A stretch of DNA of 64,000 nucleotides, from positions 2,294,001 through 2,358,000 of the forward strand of contig OZ361257.1 of NCBI GenBank assembly GCA_977018835.1, in the 5' to 3' direction. Origin of the DNA: Minutocellus sp. GHC0000111 (Eukaryota). A program made the position numbers and the translations under genes. Positions 9,885 through 22,287 of this stretch are shown piece by piece; within the stretch, counting starts at the first letter, position 1; each line of letters opens with the position of its first letter. The notes under the pieces are model-generated. The model did no database searches, was not told where the DNA came from, and saw nothing but the letters and a program-made list of their open reading frames with translations.

Positions 9885-11450
9885 ATGGCAAAGACCCACT
9901 CTTCTTCCAAAAAGAAGGGCAAGGCCGTCAAGGCCGAAAGCAGTAGCGGTGGTGACGGCGACGTCGTATCGGTAAAAGTCAAGGTTCACAAGGTCCAAAC
10001 TGGTGACGACCCCATCGTCGTGTCGTTTCCCCGTGGTGTCCCCGCCTCCATCCTTGACGCCGAGGAGGCTGCATCGTCTTCGGGTAGAAAGCGGAGCGTG
10101 CAGTTCGCAAGTGGGCAGGGCAACAACAGCGGTGCCGAGTCTCGCGCCCACGACGTCCCAACGTTCACGTGGTCCAAGCTCAAGGCCGGGTCGAACCGAG
10201 GCAAGTCCATCCAGGGCTCCGACAAGACTTGCACCTACTCGTCGTCGAACGAGGGACGGGGATACGACGGCCGAGCGGTCAAGCTGTACGTGGCCGTTTA
10301 CGACAAGGAGGAGCAAACGCTGACGCTCCAGCCGGCCGCCGAAAAGGGCCAGGTGTTCGCCCTGGACCAGTCCGTCAAGTCGTACGAACCGCAGGTCCGT
10401 CACATGGACACCACCATCAAGAACATGAGCGCCAGCGAGAAGCGGATGTTGCTCTTCGAATCGTTCGGTAGTGCCAAGAAGCAGCGGGCGCTCAAGAGTC
10501 AGGCTGCCAATGTGGTCAACATCGACTCCGTCGTTAGTGCCGGTGGGACCATGCTCAGTGCCGTCCAGAATCAGGATGGTCTGTCCGAGAGCAACCGCAG
10601 GGCAATGGAAGATGCCGCCGCTGGAAGGACGAGGGTAAGACGTATGTGCTGGTGTGATATTGCGAAAAACAAATGCATGATACATATGCTATTACATGCG
10701 CGGTTTTCATGGTGGCCATGTCTCACAAATTATATCTCATCAATATTTATTCTACAGATCGACCCTGCCCAAGCTTCTCTTGCCGCGGCTCGCCGTGCAT
10801 TCTTGCCGCCATTCGATGAGACTGCTCAGCAGCCTCACAAAGTCTTTAGTGCCCGCGAGATTGCCGAGGATGACCTTTGGGGTAATGTGTCCCGCGTGAC
10901 GGATGCCGTAACGAAGAAGGAGGGAGACTGGCGGGACAATTTGACCAGCCGAGGATTTTGGTTCAAGTCCATCAAGAAGCTGTTGAATGGTATTCACCTC
11001 GAGGACAGATCGGCGTCGACCCAAATTGAGACGGCAATTCTTCTCAATGGTATGATGAAGTTTCACCAGAATGCCAATAAATCCTTCTTTTATGGCACAC
11101 CAGAAGAGCTGGCCAAAAAGTTTGCCATCTCCAATGATATGGCGCCGAGATTTCTCGAATTGTTTGCCGTGAAGACCAACGATCGTGGAAAGGATGGATA
11201 CAGCATTACCAAACCGCTCAAGGATAAGAGTATGGTCCATCTTCTCATCCTATACCTGCTGGCGCACGGGAGGGATATGAAGGTGCCGAGTATTGATATG
11301 TTCTGCGATGATTTGCAGTTGGAGGTGAACATCGCCAGTATGCTCCTTCGCGAGGCCGGCTGCAATGTGAACAAAACCAAGGGAGGAACGAGCGTTTCGC
11401 TCAAGGCGCCGATCAACTTCCCCCCTCCTCGTCGTGGAAAGAGACCTTAG
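9885..11450 (+). CDS. RPA49: RNA polymerase I subunit A49 / PAF53-like; probable intron 10635-10757
   Basis: PIVVSFP, YVAVYDKEEQTLTL, LFESFGSAKKQRA, LPPFDETA..P..VF and a C-terminal REAGC..VSLKAPINFP. The GTAAGA...CTACAG intron is 123 nt. Confidence 0.8.
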   Translation: MAKTHSSSKKKGKAVKAESSSGGDGDVVSVKVKVHKVQTGDDPIVVSFPRGVPASILDAEEAASSSGRKRSVQFASGQGNNSGAESRAHDVPTFTWSKLKAGSNRGKSIQGSDKTCTYSSSNEGRGYDGRAVKLYVAVYDKEEQTLTLQPAAEKGQVFALDQSVKSYEPQVRHMDTTIKNMSASEKRMLLFESFGSAKKQRALKSQAANVVNIDSVVSAGGTMLSAVQNQDGLSESNRRAMEDAAAGRTRVRRMCWCDIAKNKCMIHMLLHARFSWWPCLTNYISSIFILQIDPAQASLAAARRAFLPPFDETAQQPHKVFSAREIAEDDLWGNVSRVTDAVTKKEGDWRDNLTSRGFWFKSIKKLLNGIHLEDRSASTQIETAILLNGMMKFHQNANKSFFYGTPEELAKKFAISNDMAPRFLELFAVKTNDRGKDGYSITKPLKDKSMVHLLILYLLAHGRDMKVPSIDMFCDDLQLEVNIASMLLREAGCNVNKTKGGTSVSLKAPINFPPPRRGKRP

Positions 11451-11959
11451 AGCAAATAATAAACATTTGCAGTTGCAGTTGCAGTTGAGCCCCCACTGAT
11501 TGCACGTACAGTTCTGTAGATCCATTTAGATCTACTGCTTGCTGCTGCCGCTCTCTCTCCCCTCATAACATTAGAAATCAGCGTGTGAACACGGTACCGG
11601 CAGATTGTGCATGTTAGTCCACTAGCTATTAGTACGTAGTAGATCTTGATTCCACACGTAGTCGGTGCCAGTCTGCTGTACTTCTCACCACTTCGTAGTA
11701 GATTCTAATCAGCACGAAGTGCCCTCGGAGAGCGTGCTGATATAATGGCGCCCGCTCGCTTCCTCTCTGACCCAATTTCCTCTGCACATATGGGAAAATT
11801 CGGGGTCTTGAAAATCTGCTGGAGCCAGCAGCAAGCAAAGTTCCCGCCACAAGATGAGAATCAGAAGCCGCGAATTTCATTGCAGCAGCAGCGAAGATCG
11901 AAGTTAGTGGGATCGAAAAGCAGTAATAAAGAAGAGCAATTAGAAGAAGAAAAATCACC

Positions 11960-12743
11960 ATGTTGGTAGTATCTGGCGCTGTAAGGCCGGCACGGGTAGC
12001 TATCTGCCGTTCATTGGCGGCGACGCTTCCCAAAGCTTGCGGGGGCAGATTTGCATGTCACGCAACATCTCTGAGAACTTACGGTAGCAGCCCAGTGAGT
12101 ACTTATGAGCATTCCGGTGTTGTGCGCGTAGTAATTTGGATCCTTTGCCCACATTGTCTTACCTGCTAACTTTTCTTTACGTACTTCTGTTATTTCTTGC
12201 GCGCTTGCGGCTCTCTGGACCCTTGCCACATTTCCTTACCCTCATATCTCGCTTATAGACGAAAATGGATTCAAAGAACAACGACGATGACATTCATGCT
12301 GGCTTCGAGATACGCTTTCCTACCCACACTTGGACCGACGAAGAAGTCACAAAAATCAAGAAGTATGTGGCCGAAAGAAAGGCCAAACCTGTCGTCAATG
12401 ATGATGACATCCACGCCGGCTTCGAGATGAGATTTCCGACTCATACATTGACAAATGAGGAAGTGGAAGATATCAAGGCTTTGCAAAGGATGTTCAGAAC
12501 GATGACGATATCCATGCCGGATTAGAAATAAGATTTCCCACACATTCCAACACGGAGGAGGAAATCCATCAGATGGAGTCTGAGGAAGCGAAGAGCAAGA
12601 CGGAAAAGGTATTGAACAATTTTTCAAGTAGGGGAAATTCTTGGGATCCCTTTGTGAATCTTGTGACTTGGTACAATTGTATCGTACCACTGGAATCGAA
12701 AATGAAAGCTGCAAATATGAAATGTGAAGAAGTCGTGACGTGA
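11960..12743 (+). CDS. Small protein with three NDDDIHAGxExRFPTH repeats and a mitochondrial-like presequence; intron 12095-12258; 1-nt frameshift near 12485
   Basis: Exon 1 is 45 Arg/Ala-rich codons, followed by a GTGAGT..TTATAG intron. Repeat units start at 12280, 12397 and 12498; the third is in a shifted frame. The 3' end is uncertain. Confidence 0.6.
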
Positions 12744-12949
12744 TTGGTCGAGAAGAAGGTTTTGCACCTCTTCCACCATTTCGAATCATTTTGAACGATA
12801 CGATCGTATTTGATGCAAAGTGATAGATAAGATTTCTCGAGCCACGATGATTGATATAGACCGCCTCACTACCCTCCTCGACGAAACAAAAGCCAAGCAC
12901 CACCTCATAATTTGAATAACTTGCACATTTTCACACCAGAAAAACAACC

Positions 12950-13258
12950 ATGTCTGAAGAACTCGCCAAGGCAATTGTAAGCGCATCGGAGAAGATGCAC
13001 CAAAAGGATCCCCAAAATTTGCACAACGCCGTCGCCACAATCCACAAGGCTGGGATGTATTACAAGATCCTCTCCCTCGACAATAAAAGCGACATCAATG
13101 CAAAATTCCTTTACATCGAAGAATGTATCGGGTACATGAGATCGAAAGGATTCAGACTCCTCCAGGGCAAAGATTCCGACGCCGTTCTCGCTGACATCAA
13201 TGCTCTGTACAAGAAAGGTCATGACGCATCACGAACAATTGCAGCCTTTGGGCGGTAG
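12950..13258 (+). CDS. Hypothetical 102-aa protein
   Basis: ATG in an AACC-ATG context and globular helical composition; no family recognised. Confidence 0.5.
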   Translation: MSEELAKAIVSASEKMHQKDPQNLHNAVATIHKAGMYYKILSLDNKSDINAKFLYIEECIGYMRSKGFRLLQGKDSDAVLADINALYKKGHDASRTIAAFGR

Positions 13259-13824
13259 TAGCCTCAAATGTTCAGAGTGAAAAAGATTTGACTTGGTCAG
13301 TTCCTACATAATCATGAAGGGGTCCCTATTAGATCCACATAGGGTATATATAACGACACAATGTGTCGTTCCATGTGTACAAAAAAGAGAGCAACCAAAA
13401 ACCAAAGTTTGGACGACGACAAGAAAATTCTGCGCGTGTTGAAACCAAGATGGAGTGTAGATCTAAAGTCGATACATTTGTCACAATTCTCATGATAACG
13501 ATGTTCGCTGTCGTAGCTACTACAATGTACGTAGCTACCATAGTAGTAGTACCGGTGGCCCAGGCTCCTCCTCCTCCACCACCACCACCACCATCGCGTT
13601 GTTGTTGAAAGCTTGGATAGATCCACTCCCCAATGAGAAGGTATTTTTCGACCGTTTAGGGACAAAAAGCTCTCTTCCGCCGCAAGCCAACCAAAACCCA
13701 AGCGACATCGACACACCACTTTGTTCTTTGGCCGAGGAAGAGAATAGCATTCCTTCCTTCTTTGTGCCATATCCCACCCACAATTACTACACAACTTGTA
13801 ACATAAGCACACATTTGCACAACA

Positions 13825-15696
13825 ATGGTTTCCGACGACAAGCCCTCTGAAGCCGCTATCAAGGCCGGCAAGAAGATCCTCAAGAGGCAGGATTCCGGCG
13901 GCTCCATGAAGCTCAAGGCGCTGGCCAAGGAGGTGGCCACCAAGATCGATCACGATTGTCACAAGACGGTCAAGAAGTGGATCAAGAAGAGCGACAAGTT
14001 CGACATCAGTGAGTGCGGCAAGCACGTGTCGCTCGCGGGCAGCGGCGATGCCGAGAAGAAGGAGCTCAAGAGGAAGCGCAGTAGCCTCGGCGGCAATGGA
14101 AGTAGCGGCGACGATGCCGACAATAAGTCGTCGAGCTCGAGCAAGAAGTCCAAGAAGGACAAGAAGCAGAAGAAGGAGAAGCAGAGCAGTAGCTCCACAC
14201 CCGCTGTTGCCTCGGGATCGGCCCTCGACAGCAGCAACGTCGATCAGTGGCGGAAGGAACAGAAGATCGTCCTCATGGACGCCCACGACGACGAGGACGG
14301 CAAAAAGGCGACAAAGGTCGTCAATGCCAACAAGGCCTACTACCCGTATTCCACCTTTGACGCTCCGGGCTGCGTGGCCGAGATCGACCCCATTCTCCTC
14401 AAGCAGTGTACTCAGGTCAACAAGTTCGTCAAGCCCAGTCCTATCCAGGCTCAGTGCTGGCCGGTCCTTCTGCACAGCGGAGACGACGGCAAGCGCAGGG
14501 ATATCGTTGGCATTGCCGAGACGGGCAGTGGCAAGACTCTGGCCTTTGCCATGCCCGCTTTGACTGCCATGCACAAGGAGGACGGCGGCAGCCACAAGAA
14601 GTCCAAGGGCCGCTCCCCCCGTATGCTGGTGCTTGCTCCTACCCGAGAGCTGGCCATGCAGGTCCAGCAAGTTTTGGACGAGTATGGCTCCACCGTCAAT
14701 CTCAAATCGTTGGTTATTTTCGGTGGCGTGCCGAAATACGAACAGAAGAACGAGCTTCGCAAGGGTGTGGACTGCATCGTTGCCACCCCCGGTAGGCTGA
14801 AGGATCTCATCAGTGAGAATGCCGTCGATTTGAGCAATGTGTCGCAGCTTGTGCTCGATGAGGCCGATAGAATGTTGGACATGGGCTTCGAAGAGGATGT
14901 GAGGTTCATCATTGGCCAGACCAAGGACAAGGAGGAGCGCCAGACGGCCATGTTTTCCGCCACTTGGCCCGCTGGCATCCAGAAGATTGCCTTTGAATAC
15001 CTCGTCAACCCCATCCGCGTTTACGTCGGATTCGAATCCATTGTCGGTAGCAACGGCGAGAATGCCATTGACGATTCTCTCTCCGCCAACAAGCGTGTTA
15101 CCCAGACCGTCGAGGTCATTGAGGACCGTGCCCGTGACGCACGTCTTCGTCAGCTCCTTCAGAAGTACCACGGTAGCCGCGACAACCGCGTCCTCATCTT
15201 TGCCCTCTACAAGAAGGAGGCCGAGCGCCTCGAATATCAGCTCAAGCGCGACGGCTGGAACTGCACCAGTATTCACGGCAACAAGGCCCAGGATGCCCGT
15301 ACCCGAGCCCTGGAGGAGTTCAAGAGTGGCAAATGTCCTCTCATGGTGGCTACCGATGTTGCTGCTCGCGGCCTTGATATCCCCAATGTCGAGGTGGTGC
15401 TCAATTTTACCTTTCCTCTAACCATTGAGGACTATGTCCATCGCATCGGCCGTACTGGCCGCGCTGGTAAGACTGGCATTAGCTATACCTTTTTCCAGAC
15501 CGGCGATAAGAGCCACGCCGGTGAGTTGCAGCAGGTCATGAAGCAGGCTGGACAGAAGGTACCAGATGAGTTGATGAAATTCGGCAGCACGATCAAGAAG
15601 AAGGAGCACAAGTTGTACGGTAACTTTGGACCGAGAGGCGGAGAGCCAATGAAGAAGGCTACAAAAATTACGTTCGCCGACAGTGACGATGAATAA
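13825..15696 (+). CDS. DBP3: DEAD-box RNA helicase, DBP3-like (ribosome biogenesis)
   Basis: PSPIQAQCWP, AETGSGKT, PTRELA, TPGRL, DEAD, SAT and HRIGRTGRAG; Lys-rich N-terminus; DBP3-type C-terminus KFGSTIKKKEHKLYG..KKATKITF. Confidence 0.92.
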   Translation: MVSDDKPSEAAIKAGKKILKRQDSGGSMKLKALAKEVATKIDHDCHKTVKKWIKKSDKFDISECGKHVSLAGSGDAEKKELKRKRSSLGGNGSSGDDADNKSSSSSKKSKKDKKQKKEKQSSSSTPAVASGSALDSSNVDQWRKEQKIVLMDAHDDEDGKKATKVVNANKAYYPYSTFDAPGCVAEIDPILLKQCTQVNKFVKPSPIQAQCWPVLLHSGDDGKRRDIVGIAETGSGKTLAFAMPALTAMHKEDGGSHKKSKGRSPRMLVLAPTRELAMQVQQVLDEYGSTVNLKSLVIFGGVPKYEQKNELRKGVDCIVATPGRLKDLISENAVDLSNVSQLVLDEADRMLDMGFEEDVRFIIGQTKDKEERQTAMFSATWPAGIQKIAFEYLVNPIRVYVGFESIVGSNGENAIDDSLSANKRVTQTVEVIEDRARDARLRQLLQKYHGSRDNRVLIFALYKKEAERLEYQLKRDGWNCTSIHGNKAQDARTRALEEFKSGKCPLMVATDVAARGLDIPNVEVVLNFTFPLTIEDYVHRIGRTGRAGKTGISYTFFQTGDKSHAGELQQVMKQAGQKVPDELMKFGSTIKKKEHKLYGNFGPRGGEPMKKATKITFADSDDE

Positions 15697-15780
15697 TTTT
15701 CTGATTGTCGATTGCGCAATATATTTCTTCGTTTTACAAATCTTGTAAAGTAATACCTTCATTTACAACTCAACTTACAA

Positions 15781-16542
15781 TTATCGATATAAACAAAAGG
15801 GAGCGGAATTTAGCATGCCATCACGTACATAGGCACCACTCCATTTCATACAACCCAAGCCCAATAAAACTCCTCCATTCTTCCTTCCCTTTATTGATAA
15901 CACCCGTACCTCATCTCTCATAGAATGCCAGGGTGATAATCGATTTTGATGATTGACATATTGTAACACCAATGCTTTGCCGCTTGTATCCAATTTGCTT
16001 GCTTCTACCCGACAATCAAATTTGTGCTCAAACTGCACATCATTATTACTCCTGTCATTGCCATTGCTCCTGGGGAGAAAGCGATTGATGCCCCCACTTT
16101 CACCAGCACGAAACGCCTTGCCGTTCCATTTGTCAAATTTACGTCCAAATAGTGCATCGGTCAAGAACTCCGATACCTTTGTCATGAGTAGGCCATTGTT
16201 GTCGAGCAGTACTCCGTTCCAATCACCATCCACCGATTTCATGTTGTTCTGCGCTGGTGCCTCGCAGTTCATCCATAGCTCGATAAATTCGGAACGGCGC
16301 AGCCGCTGCAGGTCAGATACGACATCATCGACCGATTTGTTGGGTGGGGCACATACTTTGCCATCAGTGGAGGAAATGTACTGTTCTAGGATTGGGCTTT
16401 GGCTACCGGTACGACTGTTGGCGGGTGCGGGCTGCTGGCGGTGCTGGTTCTGAGCAATGCGAAAGGATTGGTAAATATTAATGCCAGAGCTGCCGCCGAG
16501 AGCGGCAATGGTACCCCCAAGCAAGGCTGATATTATCTGCAT
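15781..16542 (-). CDS. Conserved hypothetical protein (WxGKxF / GxNRF / RDEVR type); true start may be near 16679 via a frameshift
   Basis: 253-aa ORF with DGDWNG, WNGKAF, GINRF, LVLQY and MRDEVR..LLGLG. The frame stays open about 40 codons upstream of the Met to an FHG-FVI junction. Confidence 0.65.
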   Translation of the reverse strand: MQIISALLGGTIAALGGSSGINIYQSFRIAQNQHRQQPAPANSRTGSQSPILEQYISSTDGKVCAPPNKSVDDVVSDLQRLRRSEFIELWMNCEAPAQNNMKSVDGDWNGVLLDNNGLLMTKVSEFLTDALFGRKFDKWNGKAFRAGESGGINRFLPRSNGNDRSNNDVQFEHKFDCRVEASKLDTSGKALVLQYVNHQNRLSPWHSMRDEVRVLSIKGRKNGGVLLGLGCMKWSGAYVRDGMLNSAPFCLYR

Positions 16543-17974
16543 GACCGATCTCGGGAAGTTATTACTGATTGTGGGCGTCCTCGCCGCGCCACGCCCAGAG
16601 TTCTGCAGAGAAATGACGAAACCATGAAAAAGACCCGGAGATCAAGGTATGATGCGAACGTTACTGGCTTGGAAACCATTGAGCAAAGGTTGGAGCTTTT
16701 CCTGTGAATGATTCGAGACGGGACGTTGGACCTTCTTTTGTTTGCCTCGTTTCTTTTCGGATGGGAGGGATGAGGCTGCCTTTGGGTACCCCTTCGTGTT
16801 TCCCCCTTGAACCTTGATGGTTGTTGCTGGATCGAACCATCCACTGCGTTCGCCGCGTATCTCTACGGTGCGTCGATGCGACCAAAAGCCATTTTAGCTG
16901 CGATACCCTCCGTCAGCGCCTTCCTTGCCTATACCATATGCCACCAATGCCCTACTCTGGTATCCCATCGAGGGGGAAGATCTACCGACGTAAGATCCAC
17001 CCAGCGCATTGCCATTGGCGAAGTTCTTCTATGCTCCCGATGCATCAAGATGTATCCTTGTGAGACTGATATCATGAGTCCACCTTCTCATGACGAGTCA
17101 AGCACTGGGCCAGCCCGGCAGTATGTTCCGCCGACACCTTCGGGGACGGACTGCTGCCCATGGAATATCGGGTTTGAGCTCTATCTTCCACTTTGCTCGG
17201 CTCCTTCTCGACAGACAGAGCTTACTTTGTCGTCTGCTGGCCACGAAGCTAGCCGGTACAATTTGGTTGGTGGGCTCTTGCGCTTATAAGACGGCGAGAG
17301 GGAGAGTTACTTATACAAATACAGAAAAAATGCATTGGCAAACAAACCGTAGTACTCTTATGTACGTTACGTATTGGCATTTTATGAACCGACTTGCGGC
17401 AGTAGCGTAGGCGTATGCCACGTAGGCCTAGCAATCATCAGCATCACATTTTCAGGAGGGGCGAGCGACAGTACCCCTTCTTCGGTGTCAAAGACTTGAA
17501 TTGCCACGACTCTGGCACGGTCACCGTGTGAAAAGCAGTCGGCGTTATTCCGGGCTCGTCAAATCATGGCTGGAACTATCACTATCTCTTGGGAAACAAA
17601 TCAACAAAAACAACAACACATTGGTATTATGCACCTACATATTCCTTGGCGCATAGCGTAGAATACTTATTGGGTAGTCGCGAGCTGGCGATTGTTTTCT
17701 ATATTTCTTGGTCAGGTTGGGCATCATTCAATTCGATTTTTATCTTTCTTGGAATTTCTTTCTGAGACCAAGTTACGGCTTTCTCGATTGTTTTTGTTTC
17801 GGGATTCTGCTGGACTAGCAAAGGACGCAGATGGCCAGCATCTTTCGATTAGGATTGCGTCGTTGCTCGAGCTACGTAGCTACCGGCGTCATTGATATAT
17901 CCAAAACCCGCCACCAGACTCTATGGAATATCTCACCTGTTTTATATTACCTTATTCCTTCTCTTCTCTTGTAG

Positions 17975-20517
17975 ATGGCAAGCAGCGTTCTCGATATCCC
18001 CGGTAATATCGACCTCGAAGCCAAAGCTGCCATGCTTGCTCAGCGTAGAGCCGTCCTGTTGTCGGTGATTGGGTCCACTCCAGCAAGCAACGAGGCCGTT
18101 TCGACTGTGCTGAACAATGGATTTATAGGGACCATCAAAGCCTGGCTCGACGACGTACTGAATAGCGTCGTTGGTGGTGTCGATCTTCTCCTGCACTTAC
18201 TCGACAGTGTGGCTCTGCTCCCAGTCACCAAGGATATGATCACCAAGACGGGCGCTGGGAAGGCTATCACCGCAATCAAATCCCATTCCACTTGCAAGGG
18301 CACACCGAATGAGAGTGCTATCAAGGAGCGATGTGCCAAGGTCAAAGAGGAGTGGAGCGCGTCGGTCCGAGCGCGGAAGAATCAAAAGCCTGTCGCTTCA
18401 CCCCCTAAACCAGTGACCAATACGGCCAAGCGTCCCCTTCAAGTCGCAACCTCGTCCACGATGGCACCGCTACCGAAAAAGGCCAAGGTTACGACGAGTA
18501 CTTCATCTCCTACAGCTGTCAAGAAGAAGACTTCTCTGTCTTTATCGAGTATGCTCAAGAAAGTTGGGGACAAGCCGGCTACTGTCTCGAAAAAGAGTGC
18601 CGACACCTCGAAGCAGCCTCAATCTGCGACTGAAACTGCGCAGCAAAAGGCCAAGGGAGGAGGTGAAGAAATGAAGAAGTCGGTAGATAGCCAGTCTCAG
18701 CAGGCTGGTTCGGTTGTCATTGAGGAGAAGAAAGAGGCGGATGATAAAGTTATATCCGAAATGGCTGCCCCTCCGGCGGCACCTACTAGTGCCATGTCAT
18801 CCAATTCGAAGTCCAAATCGGCGAAATCTGTGAGCTGGGCGGATCAGTCCGGCCAGGCTCTGGAGCAATCCCACGAGTTCTCAGGAGAGCAGAATCCTTC
18901 CGAGAAGACAGAAAAGAAACCGGAAAAGACTCTGGCTTCCTGGAGCGAACGCCGTAAGAGGGATAGGATGAGAGAGAAGGAACTGCTTGCCGAACACAAG
19001 GCTCAATTCCGGTGAGTATCTCTTTCAATTTCAACTAGCCCCAAACTTTATTTCTTTTTCTATCTGCTCCAGTCGTCGATGACCTTTTCCATTATCCATC
19101 GCACAATCCTCTGCCCTTCTCTTATTCACAGCAAAGCGAAGCTCTTTGACGTCGACCCCGACGTCGATATGGAGCCCAGTGCCCCGTCAATGACTGCCAC
19201 GGTGCGCTGGAGCAAGCCAACGCCCCTCCCTGCCGATCCCAAGAATCCTCCTGTCCAAGTGGATTCGAAAGAGTTTGTTTCCCAGACGGCTCGAATGGCA
19301 TCGGTACCAGCCGTGAACTTCATATCGGACACCGATGTTCCTAGCAATCCCAACCCTTTGACTGATATTGAGCAGGCTCTTGAGTTTACAAGCCAAGCCT
19401 CCGCTACCGCACCCGAATCTATTCCCTGGGTTCCACCGCCCCCCCCCAACCTCAAGCTCCAGCTCCTGCAGCGGCAATCCTTGATCAAATAGCGGGGGCT
19501 TTCCCCTCGGCCGCTTCGAGCGGAGCGTCGATCGAACAGGTTCAGGCGATGGGCTTGCCCCTGTTTTTGACCGGGCAAAATGTTCAGGCCCTACAAACTC
19601 TAGCGTCGTCTCCGAGCCTGTTACAGACCTTCCTCGATCCCAGCGGGGCCTACGATCAGACTCGTTTGTTGCAATTAGTTCAGACCCTGACGCAAAATCT
19701 AGCTCCATCCCAACCTGGAGCTGCGGCCGCGGTGCCAGGCTTCCAGGCCCCGGCAGCATCTGCCATGTCTTCTCATTTTGGAGTAGCCGCTACAGCATAT
19801 CAGCCTCCTTCGGCGTCTGCTTCTACCTTTGGAAGCTATGGCGGCGGCGGTGCCAGCAAGGGAGGAGCCTATCGTGGGGATAAGAACGAGGCCGGCAACT
19901 TGCATGTGTCTGGGTATGGTCCCACCACGACCGAACATGATATTCGGAATCTCTTTGCCCCCTACGTAAATGTCGACGAGGTTGTGATGAAATCCAACTT
20001 TTCGTTTGTGAATACAAGCGACGCAGAAGGTGCGGCGCGTGCGAAGGAGATTTTGAATGGCAGCTTGCTTGGAGGCATGCCAATTCGGGTGAACCCGGCA
20101 ACAAGGAAAACCAGCAATGCTGGCGCATCCTTTGGACTTTCTGCGGCTCCAGTTCCAGCACCCGCTGCACCTGTGCCCCGAGATATTAATGGTCAGATCC
20201 AGTATGATCAGGTCCGGGACGACCGAGGTAATGTCGCGACAAAGAACCTTTTTGTTGCTGGCTACGGACTGAATACTACCGAGCAACAGCTACGAGAAGT
20301 CTTTGCTCCTCACTGCACAGTATCAAGCGTTGCTATGAAGTCTACCTTTGCCTTTGTGAACACAAATGATCGCATTGCCGCCATCCATGCCCGAGAGGCG
20401 CTCACTGGCGCCATCCTCAATGGAGGGGCCATCCGAATCAACTTTGCCAAGGAGACAGGACGACTTGGCACGAGCTTTGATTCTGGTGGATCGAGATATG
20501 GCCCCGGCGGCTTTTAG
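17975..20517 (+). CDS. PNUTS/PPP1R10-like protein: TFIIS N-terminal-like domain, PP1-docking KSVSW motif, two RRMs; intron 19012-19131; frameshift in C-run near 19440
   Basis: LLPVTKDMITKTGAGKAI..VKEEWSA; KSVSWAD fits RVxF/W. RRMs NLHVSGY/SFVN and NLFVAGY/AFVN. The frame after the C-run reads QPQAPAP...QVQAMGLP into ORF 19549. Confidence 0.75.
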
Positions 20518-20804
20518 GCGCTAAAGCTAAAGATTTTACCCGAACAATTATATCTAGAAATCTAATGCTATTGTAGACTTGATTTGTGCATGGATCATCT
20601 TCCTTACTGTAGTACATTGTAGGAATTCCTACCGGTACTTTTGTCCGGTATGACCCACTGGCTCGAGATCATCGATCATCGAGTGGAGGAGGTCTTTCCG
20701 TCGTCCAATATCTTGGCGGTACCGCGACCTCAACTTCAGCAGCGAGCTTGCGGGGGAGCAGATACTGGCTACCCTCCCATTGCATCCGATATAATACATT
20801 GAAA

Positions 20805-21947
<1,143 letters not shown>

Positions 21948-22287
21948 ACCACGTAAATTAGATTCTGTATGCAGATGAATTGCGCCCTCCAGGAGCTAAG
22001 GTCGAATATACTTTTCGATGGCTGATGATCTACCATCTCTAGAGAGGCCTACTGTTCGAACTGTGTATGCTCTCTCCGGCCGCGCGGTCGAGCACCGATT
22101 TTCCACGTGCGTCATCGTGTCGCAACCGCGCGCGACTGCCACTGCACGGCCTGCCCACCTGGCCTAGCTAGCTACGTAGCTGCGCTCTCATTTTTCAGAA
22201 GCACCGGCACCGACAGAGCGAACGTCGTGCTCTACTTCCATCGCGGTGGTCATCACACTCGCCACCAAGCAGAGCCGCGTACTTATC

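Noticed and set aside
9669..10685. 338-aa minus-strand ORF
   Set aside because: Antisense shadow of RPA49 exon 1.
13312..15276. 654-aa minus-strand ORF
   Set aside because: Antisense shadow of the GC3-rich DBP3 gene; no independent motifs.
16807..17410. 160-aa and 106-aa ORFs
   Set aside because: No recognisable motifs or codon bias in any frame; may be degraded sequence, but I cannot support a call.
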